From NCBI GenBank assembly GCA_016930535.1, contig JAFGGN010000037.1:66529-130528 (forward strand): a stretch of 64,000 bases of DNA, given 5' to 3'. Source of the stretch: a bacterium (GTDB lineage: Bacteria; Zhuqueibacterota; QNDG01; JAFGCO01). A model generated the notes under the pieces. That model ran no database searches. It was given only the letters and a program-made list of their open reading frames with translations, and was not told where the DNA came from. This document shows, in pieces, positions 58,230-64,000 of the stretch (its first letter is position 1; each line of letters starts with the position of its first letter). The position numbers were made by a program, and so were the translations under genes.

Positions 58230-60464
58230 CTACGCCCTTCGTTTTTTCCTTCTGCCCGGACCTCTCCGCGACCGGGATGCGGATGCGGTTCCGGATTCCC
58301 TGACGAGCACAAAATCGATCTGACGTGTCTCGCGGTGCACACGGGACACCTGGACCTTGACCGAATCCCCAAGCCTGAATATTTTATGCGTCCGCTCACC
58401 GCGCAGCTGCCATTGCCTCTCGTCGAAAAGATAGTAATCATCCTCGAGATCCCTGGCTGCAACCAGACCTTCCACCAGAAATTCGGGAATTTCGACAAAG
58501 AATCCGAATGATGTGACACCCGATACAATGCCTTCGAATTCCATGCCCAGATGACCGGCCATAAAATCAACCTGCTTGGCGCGGATGGATTCCCTCTCTG
58601 CTTCCTGGGCCGCGATTTCACGCTCCGTGGCATGGGCCGCGATCTGTGAAGGCGTGGGTATCAGTGAGAGCGGCTTCGGATCGGGCTTCGAATAGGATTT
58701 CAGCAGGCGGTGAACCACGAGGTCGGGATATCGCCGTATGGGTGAGGTGAAATGGGTGTAATCCTTGAAAGCCAGACCGAAATGGCCGGTGTTGGCCGTG
58801 GTGTAACTGGCCTTCATCATGGTTCTGACCGCCACTTCATCGATCACGGTTTTATGACGTGCATCCGTGATTCCATCGAGAAACTGCTGAAATTTTTTAG
58901 GCGTTATTTTTTTCCCTGGATCGAACAAATAACCGAACGCGCGCGCAAAACCGGCGAACTTGTCCAGTTTTTCCTGGGACGGCTTCTGATGCACACGGTA
59001 GATGAACGGCAGCTTCATGCCCGTGGCCTGTCTCAGCCTGCTGATATGCTCGGCCACGGTCCGGTTTGCGAGCAGCATGAAGGCCTCGATCAGCCGGTGG
59101 CTCGACAGCCTCGGACGGATGCCGAGTGCAACGGGTTTGCCCTGTTCATTCAGAATGACTCTGGGTTCCGGCGCATCGAAATCGATACTTCCATTTTTGC
59201 GCCATGCGGAGAGAAGCTTTATGCTCAGGGCCTGCATCTCCTTCAATGTCTGAACGAGGAAAGGATCCGTCTCCGAACCGGGGCGGTCCGCTCCCTGCGA
59301 TCCAGAACCGGATTCCGCCTCCGTTTCGATCATGTCCTGCGCCTGCGCATAGGTCAGCCTGAACCGGCTGTGGATCACGGACTCGCGGAACGTATAATCC
59401 ACCAGCTCCGCATCCGGAGTCATCTCCATCAGCACACTGAAAGCCAGGCGGTCCTTTCCCGGTTTGAGGCTGCACAGGTCGTTGGACAGTCTCTCGGGAA
59501 GCATGGGAATCACACGGTCCACAAGATACACGCTCGTGCCCCTCGAAAACGCCTCCCGGTCCACGGCGGATCCGACCGGCACAAAATGACTGACATCCGC
59601 GATATGCACACCCAATTCGTAATCGCCGTTCCTGAGCCGGATCAGGGAAACCGCGTCGTCAAAATCCCTGGCATCCTCCGGATCGATGGTAAACACCAGC
59701 CTGTCCCTGTAATCCAGACGGCCTGTCAATGCATCGTCCGGGATGTGTTCGGGACCGGAGACAGCCTCCGATTCGACACTTTCCGGAAAACGGTCCCGCA
59801 AATCGAATCCCCGGACCACGGACAGCACATCCACGCCCGGATCATCAGGATATCCCAGGATTTCGAGAATGCGCCCTTCCGGCATACGGCCGGCATCGCC
59901 CCAATCCGTGATCTCCACAACCACTTTCTGGCCCGGAAGTGCGGTCAGACTGTCCGGTTTCGAAACATAAATATCGCGAGTGATTTTAAAATCGTCGGGA
60001 ATGACGTAATTGTACCGGTGGGATTCCATGAAAATGCCCACCAGGCATTCCCGCCTGCGGACGAGTATATCGTGCACCTTGCCTTCGGGCAATTTGCCGG
60101 TCTGATGCGCCCAAACCTGAACAAGTACCGTATCCCCGTGCATGGCGGAACCCATGTTCTTCTGGCTGACGAATATGTCCTCGCCGCCGTCTTCACGGAT
60201 GAGGAATCCGTACCCCTGCGCCTTGACATGCAGTTTTCCCCTCACAAGAACCGGTTTGACGAATTTGCCGTACTGATTTCCCTTGTGCCGGGATATCAGC
60301 CCCTCCTCCGCCAGTGTTTTCAGAAACTGACGGAACAGCCGGTAATCGCTGTTGGGAATCCTGAATTCTCGGGAAAGGGTTCGTGCCTTGAACGCTTTTC
60401 CTGGATTTTGATTGAAAAACTGAAGCAGCTTTTTCTGATAGCGCTGTTGCATGCGCTTCGACAT
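58230..60464 (-). CDS. rnr: Ribonuclease R
   Basis: TIDPEDARDFDDA, HIADVS, HFTSPIRRYPDL, S1 domain and basic tail; start uncertain. Confidence 0.95.
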   Translation of the reverse strand: MSKRMQQRYQKKLLQFFNQNPGKAFKARTLSREFRIPNSDYRLFRQFLKTLAEEGLISRHKGNQYGKFVKPVLVRGKLHVKAQGYGFLIREDGGEDIFVSQKNMGSAMHGDTVLVQVWAHQTGKLPEGKVHDILVRRRECLVGIFMESHRYNYVIPDDFKITRDIYVSKPDSLTALPGQKVVVEITDWGDAGRMPEGRILEILGYPDDPGVDVLSVVRGFDLRDRFPESVESEAVSGPEHIPDDALTGRLDYRDRLVFTIDPEDARDFDDAVSLIRLRNGDYELGVHIADVSHFVPVGSAVDREAFSRGTSVYLVDRVIPMLPERLSNDLCSLKPGKDRLAFSVLMEMTPDAELVDYTFRESVIHSRFRLTYAQAQDMIETEAESGSGSQGADRPGSETDPFLVQTLKEMQALSIKLLSAWRKNGSIDFDAPEPRVILNEQGKPVALGIRPRLSSHRLIEAFMLLANRTVAEHISRLRQATGMKLPFIYRVHQKPSQEKLDKFAGFARAFGYLFDPGKKITPKKFQQFLDGITDARHKTVIDEVAVRTMMKASYTTANTGHFGLAFKDYTHFTSPIRRYPDLVVHRLLKSYSKPDPKPLSLIPTPSQIAAHATEREIAAQEAERESIRAKQVDFMAGHLGMEFEGIVSGVTSFGFFVEIPEFLVEGLVAARDLEDDYYLFDERQWQLRGERTHKIFRLGDSVKVQVSRVHRETRQIDFVLVRESGTASASRSRRGPGRRKKRRA

Positions 60465-60617
60465 GACGAGCCATCCATTTGTCGGAAACTCCAAACCGGA
60501 ACGGGTTAAAAATGTCCCGAATCGCTCTTTCAATAGAAAACGGTCCGTTTGCGGACAGAGTTCCGTTCACGGTTTAAGATAAGCAATCCATGTGGGAATG
60601 TAAATGGAAATAAAACG

Positions 60618-61203
60618 GGGTCCATCGGGTCTTTAGGGTCTTTGGGTCCATAGGGTCGTTGTGTCGGATCGTGAATCGGAGATAAGGAGAAACGGAGAAA
60701 AAGCAATGTTGAATTTCAAATGTTGAATGAAGAGAAAACCGCAGACGCAAAGACACAGAGATTTTAAAGAAGAGTAGAAGGGAAAAAACATCAGAATGTA
60801 AACGGTACAATTCTTTGGGGGTGGGTAGCGGCGCCCCATATACCCATATACGCGTCAACTCCTCTACCGTTTTTCGTGGTCCGCCGTCAGTGGTCTGATT
60901 CTTGTGTTTGGATTTTTGAATTTTGGATTTTGAGTTTATTTGTTCTTTGGGATTTGCTATTTGAGATTTTTCATGGTCCGAGGCCAGTATTGCTTGACTC
61001 AACGACTCAAATGACCCAATGGAGCCAAAGACAGATTTATTCTCCGTTTCACCGTATCCCCGGTTCTCCGAGGCACTCAAGGTCTGCGGCCAGCCGTTTA
61101 CGTTGTCGATTTCGTTTGGAACTTGCTGTTTGTGATTTATTTGTTTTTTGGAATTTGATATTTGGAATTTTTCTTGCGGTCCCGCGGTCCGCCGTCTGCC
61201 GTC
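60618..61203. repeat. Mosaic of short-period (7-9 bp) degenerate tandem micro-arrays
   Basis: GGGTC x5, GAAACGGA-type x3-4, AATGTTG-type x4, CCCATATA x2, YGYSGTC-type arrays twice, TTTGGAW-type arrays twice, GACTCAA-type x3, TTCTCCGT-type x4. Confidence 0.8.
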
Positions 61204-61222
61204 CTATTAAAAAGCGGCCGTC

Positions 61223-62008
61223 TCACTCCTCCTGATGCACGTATTCTTTCCAGGACAGAAGAGACACGGTGATAAAATGAAAGATCCCCGACAGGACGAC
61301 AAGGACCAGAATGGCCTTCCACACGGCGGCCGATGCGGTCGTGGACCTGAGCAGGCTGAACAGATTGCCCGTCGTGGTTTTTTCTTTAAACGGAAAGAGA
61401 CTGTTCAGATAATAGATCAGCGTAGTATACCGCAGGCTTCCCGGTATGGAACCCACGATCTTCTCCCAGCCGAACGTGAATAAAAGCGAGGTCATTACCG
61501 GTTTCCGGATGGCGCCTCCGATTGTACTGAACAGCGACACATAGGCAAAACTGCCCAATATCAGGACGAAAACAGCCGCAATCAAATCCCCTGCACTGCA
61601 TACGGCTGCCAATCCCTCGTCCAGTCCGGCCAGCAGATAAGTCATGGTCAGGGAGACAGTCAGAATCAGGGCGAGGAGTACATCGCTGGCGAGTGTCTTT
61701 GCCAGGATGATCTGCCAGCGCGGTACGGGACGGACCAGCAGGTAGGGCAAGGTCCCGGATTCCACTTCATCGATGATGACCGATGTGCCGATAAATACGG
61801 CCATCAGCGGCATAAGAAAATGCAGGTACATTGAAAAGGCCATTTTTGAAAACATGCCCGCAATGGAAAAATCCTCGAGAATGCCGAACAGTTTCAGTAT
61901 GTACAGTATCATGACGGAAAACACCGGAATCATACCAAGAAGCCCCATCCACAGCATGCGCCGGCTTCTGATAAAACACTTGAAAAAAAACTGGGCCAGG
62001 GACAGCAT
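61223..62008 (-). CDS. ABC-2 type transporter permease
   Basis: DEVESGTLPYLLVRPVPRWQIILAK; six TMs. Confidence 0.85.
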   Translation of the reverse strand: MLSLAQFFFKCFIRSRRMLWMGLLGMIPVFSVMILYILKLFGILEDFSIAGMFSKMAFSMYLHFLMPLMAVFIGTSVIIDEVESGTLPYLLVRPVPRWQIILAKTLASDVLLALILTVSLTMTYLLAGLDEGLAAVCSAGDLIAAVFVLILGSFAYVSLFSTIGGAIRKPVMTSLLFTFGWEKIVGSIPGSLRYTTLIYYLNSLFPFKEKTTTGNLFSLLRSTTASAAVWKAILVLVVLSGIFHFITVSLLSWKEYVHQEE

Positions 62009-62010
62009 GG

Positions 62011-62931
62011 TCAACCTCCCACCAGATAATCGAAAATCGCCGCAAGGTTCTCATCGGGAGACCAGATCGAAGTGATTTTCAGCTTTTCGCTGAGCGCAAG
62101 CTCCGGAAGCCGCTGATGAAACACGTCCGGCTGATTCGTTTCGACCGTCACCTGGCTTTTTTCCCTGTCGAACTGCACGCTGAGCACATCCTCGAACGAC
62201 ATCAGACTGGCTGTCAGCCGGTCCACCTGATCGCACCGGATGGTCACCTGAAGCGGATGTGAATCGATCAGCTTCCGGATATCATAAATGGTTCCCTGGG
62301 CCAGAAGCCGCCCATGATTGATCAAAAGAATATTATCCGTCATGCTTTCCACTTCATGCAGAATATGGCTGGAGACGACCACGATTTTACCTTTTCTTCC
62401 CAGATCCTTGATCAGTTCCATGATCAGATGGCGGCCCATGGGATCCAGACCGTTCAGCGGTTCGTCCAGAAACAGCACATCCGGATCATGCGCAATCGCC
62501 TGGGCAAGCTTGATACGCTGGCGCATGCCCTTGCTGTAGCTTCCGATGCGCCGGTCCTGATCTTTCTCCATATTGACGAGGCGTATGGCGGAGTCCGCTT
62601 TTCCCCGGGCCTCTTCCTGAGCACATCCGTGCATGCGGACCAGGGCGGTCACAAAATCCCGTCCTGTCAGGTATTGCCAGAATGCATCCTGCTCCGGACA
62701 GTACCCGATGCGCCGCATCAGGGCGTGATTGTCCCAGATCGCCTCTCCGTCCACGGTCAGTGTGCCCTGGCTCGGTTTGAGCTGTCCGATCAGCATGCGC
62801 ATGAGCGTGGTTTTGCCGGCGCCGTTCGGCCCCAGAAAACCGGTCACGCCGGGATCGATGGAAAAGGTCAGATTGTTGACCGCGATCACCTGGCCGTACC
62901 ATTTGCTCAGATCGAAAACATTGATGATCAT
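62011..62931 (-). CDS. ABC transporter ATP-binding protein
   Basis: GPNGAGKT, YSKGMRQR, LDEP and SSH; ATG 62931 overlaps the upstream stop. Confidence 0.93.
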   Translation of the reverse strand: MIINVFDLSKWYGQVIAVNNLTFSIDPGVTGFLGPNGAGKTTLMRMLIGQLKPSQGTLTVDGEAIWDNHALMRRIGYCPEQDAFWQYLTGRDFVTALVRMHGCAQEEARGKADSAIRLVNMEKDQDRRIGSYSKGMRQRIKLAQAIAHDPDVLFLDEPLNGLDPMGRHLIMELIKDLGRKGKIVVVSSHILHEVESMTDNILLINHGRLLAQGTIYDIRKLIDSHPLQVTIRCDQVDRLTASLMSFEDVLSVQFDREKSQVTVETNQPDVFHQRLPELALSEKLKITSIWSPDENLAAIFDYLVGG

Positions 62932-63773
62932 GTGACCACCTCGCTCGGCCGGACGCGCCACCTGAGTACGCCCAGACACAGCAGCACGCATCCCAGAAGC
63001 ACGAGCCCTGCTTCCCAAACCGGATATTCATACGGCAGTTCCAGTCCAAAGATCGCGGCGGCCACCTGTTTGATGTTTGCGGCCAGCGAAAATAGCCCGA
63101 CCTCGGGAATGCCCGAAAGAATCTTGCGTACAATATCGGGAAACAGCAGTATCGCAAAAAAGAAGATGCCGGCTGACCGGCCCGAAAACAGGGCCGACAA
63201 CGCCAGAATCAGGCTGCCGAATACCAGAAGCGCAATCAGTCCGAGCCCAATGATGGCAAAGGGGATCCAGAAAAAAGACCGGAGAAACGAGGCGTTCTCG
63301 GCAAGCAGCACCTGCAATAAGAACAGAATCAGGCCCGGAACGAAAGTGATGACGCTTCCGAAAAAACCGACGGTCATAAATTTGCCCGCAATATAGTCCC
63401 AGTAGGTGACGGGTTTGGAGAAATACAGATAGTTGGCCCTGTACTTCTGATCATTGGCAATGAGCCCGGCCCCTGTGAGATAAATCATCAGGATGAACCA
63501 GAACGACTGCCCAAGCATGAAATCCTTGAAAAATTTCGCATCGATTTCCAGGTCCTTCGCAAACTGGGACAGGAGATCGAAATCCTGCAGGCGCGTCATG
63601 GCCAGTATCTGAAGTGCCCTGACGAGAAAAGGAAAGGCAGCCAGAATCAGCAGCGCAATCACGCCCCGCTTCCACCGGAGGCGTACATGGGTTTTGGCGA
63701 TCACGTACCAGGCGCGCGGAACCGGCAGCAGCCTTCCCTTCCAGGGACGGTAATTCATATCAAAAACCGGCAT
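62928..63773 (-). CDS. ABC-2 type transporter permease
   Basis: GAGLIAND...LYFSKPV..DYIAGK; multi-TM; RBS GGGAGG before ATG 63773. Confidence 0.85.
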   Translation of the reverse strand: MPVFDMNYRPWKGRLLPVPRAWYVIAKTHVRLRWKRGVIALLILAAFPFLVRALQILAMTRLQDFDLLSQFAKDLEIDAKFFKDFMLGQSFWFILMIYLTGAGLIANDQKYRANYLYFSKPVTYWDYIAGKFMTVGFFGSVITFVPGLILFLLQVLLAENASFLRSFFWIPFAIIGLGLIALLVFGSLILALSALFSGRSAGIFFFAILLFPDIVRKILSGIPEVGLFSLAANIKQVAAAIFGLELPYEYPVWEAGLVLLGCVLLCLGVLRWRVRPSEVVT

Positions 63774-64000
63774 GATCGCCTCCCACCCGTTTGACGAACA
63801 CTTCTTCCAGGGTCTGTATGCTCGGGACCATTTTACGAAGCGTGACACCGGTCTTTTGGACGGTCTTTAAAATCAGTTCCGAATTCGCTTTGGCGGGCAG
63901 ACGGACATCCATGAGCTGGCGGTCCTCACCAAGCAGCGTACAGCCCTGTTCAACGAGCGCCTTCTGGAATGTTGTCTTGTCCCCTTCGATCCGGATGGTC
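63760..64000 (-). CDS. C-terminal part of an ABC transporter ATP-binding protein (runs off the window)
   Basis: Open frame ending ...IQTLEEVFVKRVGGDHAGF*, a typical ABC-2 ATPase tail overlapping the permease start. Confidence 0.65.
   Translation of the reverse strand, partial: TIRIEGDKTTFQKALVEQGCTLLGEDRQLMDVRLPAKANSELILKTVQKTGVTLRKMVPSIQTLEEVFVKRVGGDHAGF

Noticed and set aside
58752..60509. 585-aa plus-strand ORF
   Set aside because: Antisense shadow of rnr; no motifs, and explained by codon bias
60574..61080. 168-aa minus-strand ORF and other short ORFs in the repeat mosaic
   Set aside because: Low-complexity translation of 7-9 bp arrays; no convincing RBS or family motif
60618..61203. 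CRISPR array interpretation
   Set aside because: No constant 23-47 bp repeat with regular unique spacers, and no cas genes

Overview
Bacterial chromosomal window of moderate GC, gene-dense. I saw no rRNA, tRNA, CRISPR array, transposase or integrase. Gene content suggests a diderm of the FCB superphylum, possibly KSB1/Calditrichota-like; this is inference from six secreted proteins ending in a 'NYPNPFN' FlgD-Ig/T9SS-type C-terminal domain, a TPR-DUF4292 pair and a Bacteroidota-type glutaminyl cyclase-like M28 lipoprotein. The left half is mostly housekeeping (prmA, folC, glgP, GH2 glucuronidase, CNT transporter, priA, mtnA, adenosine kinase, argS, rsfS). It also holds an envelope glycosylation operon (GT2, 3xGT4, Wzx, YfhO-type GT-C) and a metallophosphoesterase-mglB-mglA-extra roadblock operon. 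The right half (35.8-58.2 kb) is a cluster of large modular secreted proteins. Four co-oriented genes there encode a ~2560-aa SGNH/Ig-repeat giant, an SGNH-dockerin-cohesin protein, a beta-helix repeat protein and a cohesin protein; they are headed by an apparent sigma54 promoter. This is the best candidate for an undescribed cohesin-dockerin surface complex. Between rnr and an ABC transporter operon is a ~590-bp non-coding mosaic of about 11 short-period (7-9 bp) micro-arrays, some forming inverted pairs. All calls come from reading motifs by eye; no database searches were run.
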